A stretch of DNA of 64,000 bases from positions 6,769 through 70,768 of the forward strand of contig SVPU01000008.1 of NCBI GenBank assembly GCA_015065685.1, read 5' to 3'. Below are positions 16,648-26,360 of the stretch, piece after piece. A program made the position numbers and the translations under genes. The DNA comes from Oscillospiraceae bacterium (GTDB taxonomy: Bacteria > Bacillota > Clostridia > Oscillospirales > Acutalibacteraceae). Position 1 is the first letter of the stretch. The number at the start of each line of letters is the position of its first letter. The notes beneath the pieces are model-generated. The model did not search any database, was not told the origin of the DNA, and saw only the letters and a program-made list of their open reading frames with translations.

Positions 16648-18196
16648 CCAGAATATTTTAAAATTTGATGAAAAGGCAGTTTTTATTCTGCGTGAGCTTT
16701 ATTCTAAATACGGCTATCGTCAGTTTAAAATGAGCAAGTTCGAAGAATATGACCTTTATTCTAAAAACAAGGATTTCCTCGTTTCTGACGGTGTTATCAC
16801 CTTTAACGATACTAACGGTAAGCTTTTGGCCCTAAAGCCTGACGTTACACTTTCAATCATCAAAAATTCACAAGATGCGAAAGGTGTTACCGAAAAGTTT
16901 TATTATAACGAGAATGTTTACAGAATTTCAGAAAGTTCTCACACTTATAAGGAAATTATGCAAACAGGTCTTGAGTGCATTGGTGAAATCGGCGAAAGTG
17001 AAATTTTTGAGGTTACCGAGCTTGCCGCTAAAAGCCTTAGTTTAATTGATAAGGATTTTATGCTGCATTTATCACATATTGGACTTATAAATGCTTTATT
17101 TGATGAATACAAGGTTAACGAATCGGTTGCCGATAAAATCACCGAGGCAATAACCGAAAAGAATGCGGGCATTTTAAAAAGCCTTTTAAGTGAAAGCCAA
17201 TTCAATGCATTGAAAGTGCTTGTGAAGAGCTATGAAAGCACTGCTTCTGCCCTTTCGGCTATAGAAAGCATTGCAAAAAGCGATGCATCGAAATCAGCAT
17301 TCTGCGAACTCAAAAGCACAGTTGCAAATCTTTCAAAAATTGGGTTTAGTGAAAAACTGTCAATTGATTTTTCGATAATTAGTCAAAACAGTTATTACTG
17401 CGGTGTTGTTTTCAAGGGTTATATAAGCGGCATTGCTTCGCGAGTGCTCTCGGGCGGTCAATATGATAAGCTAATGCAAAGAATGGGCAGAAGCTCTTCT
17501 GCTATAGGCTTTGCGGTTTATCTTGACACTCTCGAGCGGCTCCCCGATAAAACCGAAGCAGATGAAATGATAAACATCGCTCTTCCAAAAGGAAGGCTCG
17601 GTGAAAAGGTTTATGCTATGTTTGAAGCGGCTGGGTTTGATTGCCCTTCAATTAAGGAAAACAACCGCAAGCTGATTTTCGAAAACAAGGAAAAAGGCAT
17701 TAGATTTTTCTGGGTTAAGCCCTCTGATGTTGCAATCTATGTTGAGCGTGGGGCAGCCGATATCGGTGTTGCAGGAAAAGATATTCTTTTAGAATACACG
17801 CCCGATGTTTTCGAGCTTTTAGACCTTAATATCGGAAAATGCAGAATGGCGGTTGCAGCTAAAAAAGATTTTTGTGATGACACATCAAAAACCCTGAGAG
17901 TTGCAACCAAGTTTTCGAACATTGCAAAAAATTATTATGCAAAAAAATGCCGTGAAATCGATATCATTCACCTTAACGGCTCAATCGAAATTGCCCCCAT
18001 TTTAGGACTTTCCGATGTTATTGTTGATATTGTTGAAACGGGCAAAACATTGCTCGAAAATGACCTTGCCCCGTTTGAGACAATTACTCCGATAAGTGCG
18101 CGACTCATATCCAACAAAGCGTCGTTTAGCTTTAAGCTTAAGAAAATTGAAGAAATCAAAAAAGGACTATTAAGTCAGGTGAAAACAGATGATTAA
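16637..18196 (+). CDS. hisZG: fused ATP phosphoribosyltransferase regulatory subunit (HisZ, ~310 aa) and short-form catalytic subunit (HisG, 209 aa)
   Basis: The N-terminal part is HisRS-like without an anticodon domain. The C-terminal part from MINIALPKGRLGEKV (ATG 17567) is classic short HisG. There is no stop codon between them and they share one frame. Confidence 0.85.
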   Translation: MIFNQNILKFDEKAVFILRELYSKYGYRQFKMSKFEEYDLYSKNKDFLVSDGVITFNDTNGKLLALKPDVTLSIIKNSQDAKGVTEKFYYNENVYRISESSHTYKEIMQTGLECIGEIGESEIFEVTELAAKSLSLIDKDFMLHLSHIGLINALFDEYKVNESVADKITEAITEKNAGILKSLLSESQFNALKVLVKSYESTASALSAIESIAKSDASKSAFCELKSTVANLSKIGFSEKLSIDFSIISQNSYYCGVVFKGYISGIASRVLSGGQYDKLMQRMGRSSSAIGFAVYLDTLERLPDKTEADEMINIALPKGRLGEKVYAMFEAAGFDCPSIKENNRKLIFENKEKGIRFFWVKPSDVAIYVERGAADIGVAGKDILLEYTPDVFELLDLNIGKCRMAVAAKKDFCDDTSKTLRVATKFSNIAKNYYAKKCREIDIIHLNGSIEIAPILGLSDVIVDIVETGKTLLENDLAPFETITPISARLISNKASFSFKLKKIEEIKKGLLSQVKTDD

Positions 18197-19469
18197 AATT
18201 ATGAAATACGGCGAGGTTTCTGCAGATGAAATTTTCGCCCGCGGCAAAACATCCTTTGATGTTGCAGACATTGTTACAGATATTATAGAAAATGTTAAAA
18301 CCAACGGTGATAAGGCGCTTTTTGAATATTGCGAAAAATTCGATAAAGCGAAGCTTGATTCACTTGAAGTTACCGCCGAGGAAATTGATGAGGCGTTTGG
18401 CCTTGTTGAGCCAAGATTTATAGAAATATTAGAAAAGGCAGCAGAAAATATCCGCCAATTCCACAAAAAACAGGTGCGAAACAGTTTTATTATAAACGAT
18501 AATGACGGTATAATCACAGGTCAAAAGGTTACCCCTATCGACAAGGTTGGTCTTTATGTTCCCGGTGGCACAGCGGCTTATCCCTCAACCGTGCTTATGG
18601 ACAGTATTCCCGCGAAGATTGCGGGTTGCAATGAAATTTGCATAACCACTCCCCCATCTGCTAACGGCAAGGTTAATCCCGTTATTTTAGCAGCCGCAAA
18701 AATCGCGGGAGTTGATAGAATTTTCAAGGTTGGCGGAGCGCAAGCAATTGCCGCTTTAAGCTATGGCACCGAAACCGTGCCAAAGGTTGATAAAATTGTT
18801 GGCCCCGGTAATGCATTCGTTGCAGAGGCTAAGCGTCAGGTATTCGGAAGAGTATCCATTGATATGATTGCAGGTCCAAGTGAAATATTGGTTATTGCCG
18901 ATAAAGATAGTAACCCGAGTTTTGTTGCGGCTGACCTTTTATCACAAGCAGAGCACGATAAAATGGCAAGCGCAGTGCTTGTTACCGATAGTATGGACCT
19001 TGCCGACAAGGTGAGCGAGGAAATCGAAAAACAGTTGAGAAAACTGCCGCGTGAAGAAATTGCAAGAGAATCCATTGATAACAATGGGAAAATCATTGTT
19101 GCCGAAAACATAGAAGATGTTATTGATGTTTCAAACGAAATTGCACCCGAGCACTTGGAGCTTTGTGTTGATAATCCATTTGATTATCTCGATAAAATTA
19201 AGAATGCAGGCAGCATTTTTATGGGCAGATATTGCCCCGAAGCATTGGGCGACTATTATGCAGGACCCAACCACACACTTCCCACCTCAGGTACTGCAAG
19301 ATTTTCAAGCCCACTTTCTGTTGATGATTTTGTTAAAAAATCGCAATACACATATTACACAAAGGATGCGCTTAAAAAAGTGGCCGAGGATGTTGCTTTC
19401 TTTGCAGAAAAGGAAGGCCTCTCAGCACATGCCAGAAGCGCTACAGTAAGATTTCAGGATGATAAATAG
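18189..19469 (+). CDS. hisD: histidinol dehydrogenase
   Basis: Conserved segments GLYVPGGTAAYPSTVLM, GPGNAFVAEAKR, SQAEHD. Confidence 0.95.
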   Translation: MIKIMKYGEVSADEIFARGKTSFDVADIVTDIIENVKTNGDKALFEYCEKFDKAKLDSLEVTAEEIDEAFGLVEPRFIEILEKAAENIRQFHKKQVRNSFIINDNDGIITGQKVTPIDKVGLYVPGGTAAYPSTVLMDSIPAKIAGCNEICITTPPSANGKVNPVILAAAKIAGVDRIFKVGGAQAIAALSYGTETVPKVDKIVGPGNAFVAEAKRQVFGRVSIDMIAGPSEILVIADKDSNPSFVAADLLSQAEHDKMASAVLVTDSMDLADKVSEEIEKQLRKLPREEIARESIDNNGKIIVAENIEDVIDVSNEIAPEHLELCVDNPFDYLDKIKNAGSIFMGRYCPEALGDYYAGPNHTLPTSGTARFSSPLSVDDFVKKSQYTYYTKDALKKVAEDVAFFAEKEGLSAHARSATVRFQDDK

Positions 19470-19471
19470 TA

Positions 19472-20533
19472 ATGAGTAGATTTTTAAAAGATTCAATAAA
19501 AAAACTCGAAAGCTATACCCCCGGCGAACAACCGCAGGATAAAAAATACATAAAACTCAATACAAACGAATCCCCCTTTCCCCCTTCGCCCGAGGTTGTA
19601 AATGCAATAACCACAGCAGAGGTTCGGGATTTGAGACTCTATTGCGACCCCGAATGTAAGAAATTGCGTGCGGCACTTGCAAAGCGTTATAATGTTGAGA
19701 GTGAAAATGTTTTTCTTTCAAACGGTTCTGATGATATATTGAATTTCAGTTTTTTCGCCTATGGCGAAAAGGGTGTTGCTTTTGCTGATATTACCTATGG
19801 TTTCTATAGTGTTTTTGCCGATTTATATAATCTCGAAACCACTGTGATTCCGCTAAAATCAGATTTCACCATTGATTGTAATGCCTTTTGCAACCAAAAC
19901 AAGCTGGTTGTTATTGCGAATCCAAACGCCCCCACAGGAATTGAATTGCCGCTTGAGGAAATTGAAAAAATCATTGTTTCCAATCCCGAAAGTATTGTTC
20001 TCATCGATGAAGCTTATGTTGATTTTGGCGGTAAATCGTGTGTAGAACTTACAAAGAAATATAAAAACCTCTTGTGTGTGGGCACTTTTTCTAAATCGCG
20101 CAGTATGGCTGGAGCAAGGCTTGGCTTTGCCATCGCAGATAGGGAACTTATTGCCGACCTCGAAAAAATCAAATATTCCACTAACCCTTATAATATTAAC
20201 CGCTTAACACAGGTTGCGGGTGTTGCGGCAATTGAGTCGGACAGTTATTATATTAATAACTGCAAAACCATTATTGAAAACCGCGATTACACCGAAACCG
20301 AACTCAAAAAATTAGGGTTTACCGTACTAAAATCAAAGGCTAACTTTATTTTTGCTAAAAGCGATATAATAGGCGGCAAAGAGTTATATGAAAAACTCAA
20401 AGAAAACGGCGTTTTAATCAGACACTTTGAAAAGACAAGAATTAAAGATTTTAACCGAATCACCATTGGAAGCCGCGAAGAAATGGGAATTTTTATTTCA
20501 AAGGTTAAAGAAATTTTAGGAGAAAATTTATGA
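19472..20533 (+). CDS. hisC: histidinol-phosphate aminotransferase
   Basis: Class II aminotransferase. PLP-lysine motif TFSKSRSMAGARLGF. Confidence 0.95.
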   Translation: MSRFLKDSIKKLESYTPGEQPQDKKYIKLNTNESPFPPSPEVVNAITTAEVRDLRLYCDPECKKLRAALAKRYNVESENVFLSNGSDDILNFSFFAYGEKGVAFADITYGFYSVFADLYNLETTVIPLKSDFTIDCNAFCNQNKLVVIANPNAPTGIELPLEEIEKIIVSNPESIVLIDEAYVDFGGKSCVELTKKYKNLLCVGTFSKSRSMAGARLGFAIADRELIADLEKIKYSTNPYNINRLTQVAGVAAIESDSYYINNCKTIIENRDYTETELKKLGFTVLKSKANFIFAKSDIIGGKELYEKLKENGVLIRHFEKTRIKDFNRITIGSREEMGIFISKVKEILGENL

Positions 20534-21117
20534 GAATTGCAGAAATTAATCGCAAAACCAATGAAACAGATATTAAATTAAAGCTCAATATCGATGGTAC
20601 GGGCGAAAGTAAAATTGATTCGGGCTGTGGCTTTCTTGACCACATGCTAACCCTTCTTGCCCGCCACGCGAGGTTTGATTTGGAGCTTATTTGCAAGGGA
20701 GACACCAACGTTGATTACCACCACACTGTTGAGGATATTGGCATTGTTTTGGGTGATGCATTAAAAGAGGCGCTTGGCAATATGCGCGGAATTAAGCGTT
20801 ACGGCAGTTTTATTCTACCTATGGATGAAACCCTCATTCTCACCGCAGTTGATATTTCAGGCAGATGCCACCTGTCTTACGGCTTGGAAATCCCCTCTTA
20901 CAGAGTCGGTGATTTTGACACTGAACTCATTGAAGAATTCTTCCTTGGATTTGTTCGACACGCGAATATAACTTTGCATATCAAACAACTTGACGGCAAA
21001 AATTCACACCACATTATTGAAGGCACATTTAAATCGATAGCACACACCTTAAAATCCGCAGTTGCTATCGATACAAAATTTTCTAAAGAAATTCCCTCAA
21101 CTAAGGGTGTTCTGTAA
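20530..21117 (+). CDS. hisB: imidazoleglycerol-phosphate dehydratase
   Basis: RKTNETDI, DSGCGFLDHML, HHTVEDIGI, SHHIIEG motifs. Confidence 0.95.
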   Translation: MRIAEINRKTNETDIKLKLNIDGTGESKIDSGCGFLDHMLTLLARHARFDLELICKGDTNVDYHHTVEDIGIVLGDALKEALGNMRGIKRYGSFILPMDETLILTAVDISGRCHLSYGLEIPSYRVGDFDTELIEEFFLGFVRHANITLHIKQLDGKNSHHIIEGTFKSIAHTLKSAVAIDTKFSKEIPSTKGVL

Positions 21118-21133
21118 ATGAGAGGATATATTA

Positions 21134-21745
21134 ATGATTGCAATAATTGATTACGGTGTTGGAAATTTGTTTTCCCTTTCATCTTCTTTCAAGCAAATCG
21201 GTTTTGAAACGGTTATAACAGGCGATGCCGAAATTATTAAAAAAGCCGATAAACTTATTTTGCCGGGTGTTGGTGCTTTTGGCGATGCTATAAATAAGCT
21301 GCGCGAAACAGGACTCGACAAGGTAATTTTAGAACAAGCAAAAAACGGCAAGCCCTTGCTTGGAATTTGCCTTGGAATGCAGATGCTTTTTGATAAAAGC
21401 TATGAATATGGCGAATACGAAGGGCTCGGCTTGATTGAAGGCTCGGTTGTTCCAATGCAAAACAAAATCCCCAAAAACCTTAAAATTCCGCACATTGGCT
21501 GGAATGCGCTTATATTCAAGCAAGAAAGCCCATTATTCAAATATATAAAGAACGGAGACTGTGTTTATTTTGTTCATTCCTATTATGCCGAAACCAAAGC
21601 TACCTCACTTATTGCCACAACAGAATACGGCAAGGAATTAACCGCCGCAGTGGCAAACGGCAATGTTTTCGGTTGCCAATTCCACCCCGAAAAAAGCGGA
21701 ACGGTTGGTCTTAATATTTTAAAAGCATTTTGCGAAATGGAGTAA
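21134..21745 (+). CDS. hisH: imidazole glycerol phosphate synthase, glutaminase subunit
   Basis: IAIIDYGVGN, LPGVGAFG, GICLGMQ, FHPEKS. Confidence 0.95.
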   Translation: MIAIIDYGVGNLFSLSSSFKQIGFETVITGDAEIIKKADKLILPGVGAFGDAINKLRETGLDKVILEQAKNGKPLLGICLGMQMLFDKSYEYGEYEGLGLIEGSVVPMQNKIPKNLKIPHIGWNALIFKQESPLFKYIKNGDCVYFVHSYYAETKATSLIATTEYGKELTAAVANGNVFGCQFHPEKSGTVGLNILKAFCEME

Positions 21746-21748
21746 ACA

Positions 21749-22462
21749 ATGAAACTTTTTCCTGCAATAGATTTATACGGCGGCAAGGCCGTGCGCCTTT
21801 ATAAAGGCGATTATGAAAATATGACAGTTTACAACGAAAATCCGTTGGAAGTGGCACTCAAATTCGAGAGGCTCGGCGCCGAATATATTCACCTTGTTGA
21901 CCTTGAAGGCGCCAAGGATGGCACCACACCAAACCTTGAAATCGTGAAAGTAATAGCAAATAAAACCTCCCTTTTCACCGAAATTGGTGGCGGAATTCGT
22001 TCTATTGAGACGGTTGATAAATATCTTAATAACGGTGTTGACCGAGTGATTTTAGGAACAGCAGCTGTTAATGACGAAGAATTTTTAAAAGCCGCAATTC
22101 AAAAATACGATGAGAGAATCGCAGTTGGTGTTGATATTAAGGATGGCTTTGTTGCCATTAAGGGTTGGCTTGAAAAATCAAGCTATAGCTGTTTTGAATT
22201 TTGCGAAAAAATGCAGGCTTTAGGTGTTAAAACCCTTATCTGTACCGATATTTCAAAGGATGGCGCAATGATGGGCACCAACCGCGAATTATACCACGAA
22301 TTATCTGAGAAATTCTCAATTGATATTACTGCATCGGGCGGTGTTTCATCAATTGAGGACATTAAAGCGCTCAGAAACTTAGATTTATACGGCGCCATAA
22401 TCGGCAAGGCTTATTATGTTGGCGCTATTGACTTAAAAGAAGCATTGGAGGCAGCAAAATGA
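21749..22462 (+). CDS. hisA: ProFAR isomerase
   Basis: LFPAIDLYGGKAVRL, plus GGGIRS and a TIM-barrel phosphate-binding tail. Confidence 0.95.
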   Translation: MKLFPAIDLYGGKAVRLYKGDYENMTVYNENPLEVALKFERLGAEYIHLVDLEGAKDGTTPNLEIVKVIANKTSLFTEIGGGIRSIETVDKYLNNGVDRVILGTAAVNDEEFLKAAIQKYDERIAVGVDIKDGFVAIKGWLEKSSYSCFEFCEKMQALGVKTLICTDISKDGAMMGTNRELYHELSEKFSIDITASGGVSSIEDIKALRNLDLYGAIIGKAYYVGAIDLKEALEAAK

Positions 22463-23217
22463 TTACAAAAAGAATTATCCCCTGCCTCGATGTTAAAAAT
22501 GGTCGTGTTGTTAAAGGGGTTAACTTTGAAAACTTAAATGATGTTTCTTCCCCCGTTGAGCTCGGAAAATATTATAGTGAATGCGGTGCGGATGAGCTTG
22601 TTTTCTATGATATCACCGCATCGAGCGATGGAAGAAAGCTTTTCACCGATATATTAACCGAGGTGGCTTCTAAAATTTTCATTCCTCTTACAGTTGGCGG
22701 CGGAATAAATACGATTGATGACTTTGACCGCGTTTTGAAATGCGGTGCCGACAAGGTGAGTGTGAATTCGGGCGCTATTAAAAACCCCGACTTAATAAAG
22801 ATAGCCGCACAGAAATACGGCAACCAATGTGTCGTTATTTCGGTTGATATTAAGCGTGTTGACGGGGAATTCAGAGTTTTTGCCAAAGGCGGCCGCGAGG
22901 ACACGGGAATCGAGGCAATTGGTTGGATAAAGCGTTGTGTCGAAAATGGCGCAGGCGAGGTTGTTGTTAACTCAATTGATACCGATGGCGTTAAAAAAGG
23001 TTTTGATATTGAAATGCTAAAAGCCGTTTGCGCTGCCGTGAATGTGCCCGTAATTGCTTCGGGCGGTGCGGGATGCAAAGAAGATTTCGTAGAACTTTTC
23101 AAAGAAATTCCCGATATTGATGCGGGGCTTGCAGCATCAATCTTCCACTTCGGTGAGGTTAAAATTTCCGACCTAAAACAAACGCTTAAACAAAATAATA
23201 TTACAGTTAGAATATAG
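22459..23217 (+). CDS. hisF: imidazole glycerol phosphate synthase, cyclase subunit
   Basis: RIIPCLDVKNGRVVKG, VGGGI, ASGGAG. Confidence 0.95.
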   Translation: MITKRIIPCLDVKNGRVVKGVNFENLNDVSSPVELGKYYSECGADELVFYDITASSDGRKLFTDILTEVASKIFIPLTVGGGINTIDDFDRVLKCGADKVSVNSGAIKNPDLIKIAAQKYGNQCVVISVDIKRVDGEFRVFAKGGREDTGIEAIGWIKRCVENGAGEVVVNSIDTDGVKKGFDIEMLKAVCAAVNVPVIASGGAGCKEDFVELFKEIPDIDAGLAASIFHFGEVKISDLKQTLKQNNITVRI

Positions 23218-23226
23218 GTGATTAAA

Positions 23227-23880
23227 ATGATTAAAATTGAAGATTTAAAGTTTGATAAAAACGGTTTAATTCCCGCCATTGTTGTTGATAGCCTTTCAAA
23301 AAAGGTTTTAACTTTGGCTTATATGAATGAAGAAAGTCTCAAAATTTCGCTCGAGAAAAAGCTCACCTGTTTTTACAGTCGCTCAAGAAATGAGCTCTGG
23401 CTTAAAGGTGAAACAAGCGGAAATTATCAGCACATTGTTTCAATCACCGCCGACTGTGATAGGGACGCTTTGGTGGTGGTGGTTGATAAAGAGGGTCCTG
23501 CTTGCCACGAAGGTAATGATTCTTGCTTCAACTATCCCCTTTTCATTGATGAAACAAAATCTTCCTTTTCAATGGATGGACTTTATAAACTTTTAATTGG
23601 CAGAAAGCAAGAACTTCCCGAAGGCTCGTATACAACCTATCTTTTCCAAAAGGGAATTGACAAAATTCTCAAGAAAATCGGCGAAGAATCAACCGAGGTT
23701 ATAATTGCTTCGAAAGCAAATGACAAGAGCGAAACCATTTATGAAATCGCAGACCTTGCTTATCACATTATGGTTATGATGGTTGAAATGGGTATCAGCG
23801 TTGAAGACATCAAAAAAGAACTCGCATCCCGCCACATAATTGACCACAAGGTAAAACAAGAAAAGATGACAAATAATTAA
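23227..23880 (+). CDS. hisI: bifunctional phosphoribosyl-AMP cyclohydrolase / phosphoribosyl-ATP pyrophosphatase
   Basis: The ORF opens at GTG 23218, but ATG 23227 has AGGTGA 5 nt upstream. The HisI part contains [16 protein letters not shown]...CD.D. The HisE part contains YTTYLF..G...I.KK.GEE..E. Confidence 0.9.
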   Translation: MIKIEDLKFDKNGLIPAIVVDSLSKKVLTLAYMNEESLKISLEKKLTCFYSRSRNELWLKGETSGNYQHIVSITADCDRDALVVVVDKEGPACHEGNDSCFNYPLFIDETKSSFSMDGLYKLLIGRKQELPEGSYTTYLFQKGIDKILKKIGEESTEVIIASKANDKSETIYEIADLAYHIMVMMVEMGISVEDIKKELASRHIIDHKVKQEKMTNN

Positions 23881-23885
23881 ACGAA

Positions 23886-23922
23886 AATCAACCCCGTCAT
23901 GAAGAGCGGGGTTGATTTTTTC
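23886..23922 (+). terminator. his operon terminator
   Basis: aatcaaccccg / cggggttgatt stem followed by tttttt. Confidence 0.85.
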
Positions 23923-23951
23923 TTGACAATAACTCCTTTAAAATATATAAT
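23923..23951 (+). promoter_or_regulatory. consensus sigma-A promoter
   Basis: TTGACA (23923-23928), exactly 17 nt, then TATAAT (23946-23951), immediately after the his terminator. Confidence 0.7.
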
Positions 23952-24015
23952 TTTATTAGTAGATAACACGATTTTTAATTTGTTATCTATGACAAAAAAC
24001 ATGGGAGTGAGAATT

Positions 24016-24714
24016 TTGAGTGAATTATTATGTTGCGAAAATTTAACCAAATTTTATGGGAAAAATTGCGCTTTAAACAATGTTAATTTAACACTTGAAA
24101 GCGGAAAAATTGTGGGTTTATTAGGCCCTAACGGTTCAGGTAAAACCACACTCATAAAAATTATCAACGGCCTTTTAACTCCAACTCGCGGTTCGGTTAC
24201 AATAGACGGTAATTATCCCGGAGTTGAATCAAAAAAACTCGTTGCATATTTACCCGATAACATATATTTAAACTCTTGGATGACCATAACTCAAATCGTT
24301 AATTATTTTGCCGATTTTTATGATGATTTCAGACCCGAAGTGGCTTTTGAACTGTTATATAATTTGGGCATTTCACTCAATTCCCGTTTGAAAACTCTTT
24401 CAAAAGGCAATAAAGAAAAGGTTTGTCTTATTTTGGTTATGAGCAGAAATGCAAAATTATATGTGTTAGATGAGCCGATTGCGGGTGTTGACCCTGCCGC
24501 CAGAGATTATGTTATTTCAACAATCATAAACAACCATAATCCCGATTCCACAGTACTTATATCAACCCATTTGATTTCAGACATTGAAAAGGTTCTTAAT
24601 GAGGTTATTTTCATCAAAAACGGTGAAATTGTTTTGCACAATTCAGTGAGTGAAATAATGGCCGAACACGATAAAAGTATTGATGAACTTTTCAGGGAGG
24701 TATTCAGATGGTAA
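24016..24714 (+). CDS. ABC transporter ATP-binding protein (ABC-2 type)
   Basis: The ORF 23899.. begins inside the terminator/promoter, so the true start must be downstream. TTG 24016 has GGGAGTGAG upstream; ATG 23989 and ATG 24001 are alternatives. Walker A GPNGSGKTT, signature LSKGNKEK, Walker B LYVLDEP. Confidence 0.8.
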   Translation: MSELLCCENLTKFYGKNCALNNVNLTLESGKIVGLLGPNGSGKTTLIKIINGLLTPTRGSVTIDGNYPGVESKKLVAYLPDNIYLNSWMTITQIVNYFADFYDDFRPEVAFELLYNLGISLNSRLKTLSKGNKEKVCLILVMSRNAKLYVLDEPIAGVDPAARDYVISTIINNHNPDSTVLISTHLISDIEKVLNEVIFIKNGEIVLHNSVSEIMAEHDKSIDELFREVFRW

Positions 24715-25517
24715 AGAAACTTTTTAAATATGAATTTTTGGCGTTTTTACGTGTTTGGTTACCCACTCTTGCAGTTTTATTTGGAATTTCGCTTATTGGT
24801 AGAATTATTCAAATATTTGAAACCGACTCAACTGTATACCAAATTATAAACGGTTTCTCAATATTTACTTATGTGGTAGCAATATTTGTTTTACTCGGTG
24901 TTGCAACTGTTTTCAGTATTGTGAGGTTCTATAAAAACTTATTCACAGGTGAAGGCTATCTTAGTTTTACTTTGCCCGTAACACCAACACAACACATATT
25001 AGTAAAAGCTTTTACGGCTATTGCTATGCATTTCGCAACTCTCGTTGCAATTTTAATTTCATTTTGTATTTTCACATTTGGCGATGTGTTTTTGGAATTT
25101 TCGAAAGCAGGAAATTACTTATTTGCTATTGCTTTAAAAGACCTGAAATTTCATCTGATTTTTTACATACTTGAATGTCTTGTTTTATTTACAGCTATTC
25201 TCCTTTCACAATTCCTATTTTATGCCACTTGTATTTCAATCGGTCAGTTATTCAAAAAGAACCGTGTTTTAGCTGCTGTTGGCGTTTATTTCGGTTTTTA
25301 TATGCTTTCTCAAATACTCAGTACCATTTTCACTGTGTTGTTTGCTGTTTTCGGCGAATATATTCCGATTGAAAAAATTTCGAATTTCTTTACGGCTCAC
25401 CCACAAGCCAGCGTTCATATTATATTTTGTGCATTAATTCTATTAACACTTATAAGCGCTGTTATTTACTTTTTTGTCACCAAAACAATTATCAAGCGCA
25501 AACTTAATTTGGAATAA
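24708..25517 (+). CDS. polytopic membrane protein, probable permease partner of the preceding ATPase
   Basis: About six TM segments. Its ATG overlaps the ATPase stop (ATGGTAA). Confidence 0.65.
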   Translation: MVKKLFKYEFLAFLRVWLPTLAVLFGISLIGRIIQIFETDSTVYQIINGFSIFTYVVAIFVLLGVATVFSIVRFYKNLFTGEGYLSFTLPVTPTQHILVKAFTAIAMHFATLVAILISFCIFTFGDVFLEFSKAGNYLFAIALKDLKFHLIFYILECLVLFTAILLSQFLFYATCISIGQLFKKNRVLAAVGVYFGFYMLSQILSTIFTVLFAVFGEYIPIEKISNFFTAHPQASVHIIFCALILLTLISAVIYFFVTKTIIKRKLNLE

Positions 25518-25529
25518 GGAGAAGATACT

Positions 25530-26288
25530 ATGAAAAAAGTTTTACGAATTTCTTTTTTGTTCATATTAGTTATTTCCTTATGCTTGTCACTCTGCAGTTG
25601 TCAATTAATTGATGACGCGCGCGCAGCCCACGGTATTTATACAGATAAAAATATCCAACTCGGCGAAGATAAATATATTTTATTACCTTATAGTTATAAC
25701 TTGCGTCCAAACTATGATTACAGTTCAGACACAATCTATGCAACAGAACCCGATGTACCTGTTCTTTTGAGTTCTATGCTTGGTACACCTTTGTATAAAA
25801 GTAACGATGGGGTATTCTTAATTACCGTAGATGATGAATTGATTGAAACCATCTATTGCAAAGAAGATAAATATCAAGAAATCATCAAATATATTGAAAA
25901 TCCTATTTACCTCAACCGTTATTATTATGAATACACAGTACAAGATAAAAAAACCTATGAATCGAGCAGTGAATATTATTTATTAACCAAAGAGGAAACA
26001 AGCGTAATCGATGAAATTATCAGAGATGGCGAAGTTTACGAATTTGAAGATTTGTCACTTAAAAATTATGAAATACTCGTAACTTTAAATAACTGCGCCG
26101 ACAACATTAATTTCAAGGGTGACTTATACTACGATATTTATACCATCGAAGGTTATTATTTCCTCGTTGAAACTGATAATGAATTGGTTGTATATCATCG
26201 TGTTCCCGACAAACATATTCAAACCATCAAATCAATTTTAGCCGACTATTATTTGAATGAAAATAATTCATACATTGACGGTTTCTAA
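25530..26288 (+). CDS. lipoprotein of unknown function
   Basis: Lipobox LSLCSC. Tyr/Asp/Glu-rich soluble domain with no recognisable motif. Confidence 0.65.
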   Translation: MKKVLRISFLFILVISLCLSLCSCQLIDDARAAHGIYTDKNIQLGEDKYILLPYSYNLRPNYDYSSDTIYATEPDVPVLLSSMLGTPLYKSNDGVFLITVDDELIETIYCKEDKYQEIIKYIENPIYLNRYYYEYTVQDKKTYESSSEYYLLTKEETSVIDEIIRDGEVYEFEDLSLKNYEILVTLNNCADNINFKGDLYYDIYTIEGYYFLVETDNELVVYHRVPDKHIQTIKSILADYYLNENNSYIDGF

Positions 26289-26320
26289 TAATGTGTACCA
26301 TTATCATAAATATGAGATTG

Positions 26321-26356
26321 AAAAAGACGAAACTCGAAAGAGTTTCGTCTTTTTAT
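26321..26356. terminator. bidirectional terminator between convergent genes
   Basis: aaaagacgaaactc-gaaa-gagtttcgtctttt: a 14-bp perfect stem. Confidence 0.8.
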
Positions 26357-26360
26357 TATT

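Noticed and set aside
22605-23279. 224-aa ORF antisense to hisF. Similar long antisense ORFs occur at 32733..33251 (opposite prmA), 7286..7699, 45446..45841, 51175..51537, 60384..60689 and 18170..18517.
   Set aside because: All lie entirely inside well-supported genes on the other strand. They have low-complexity Ser/Ile/Leu-rich translations, no RBS and no recognisable motifs. These are typical shadow ORFs.
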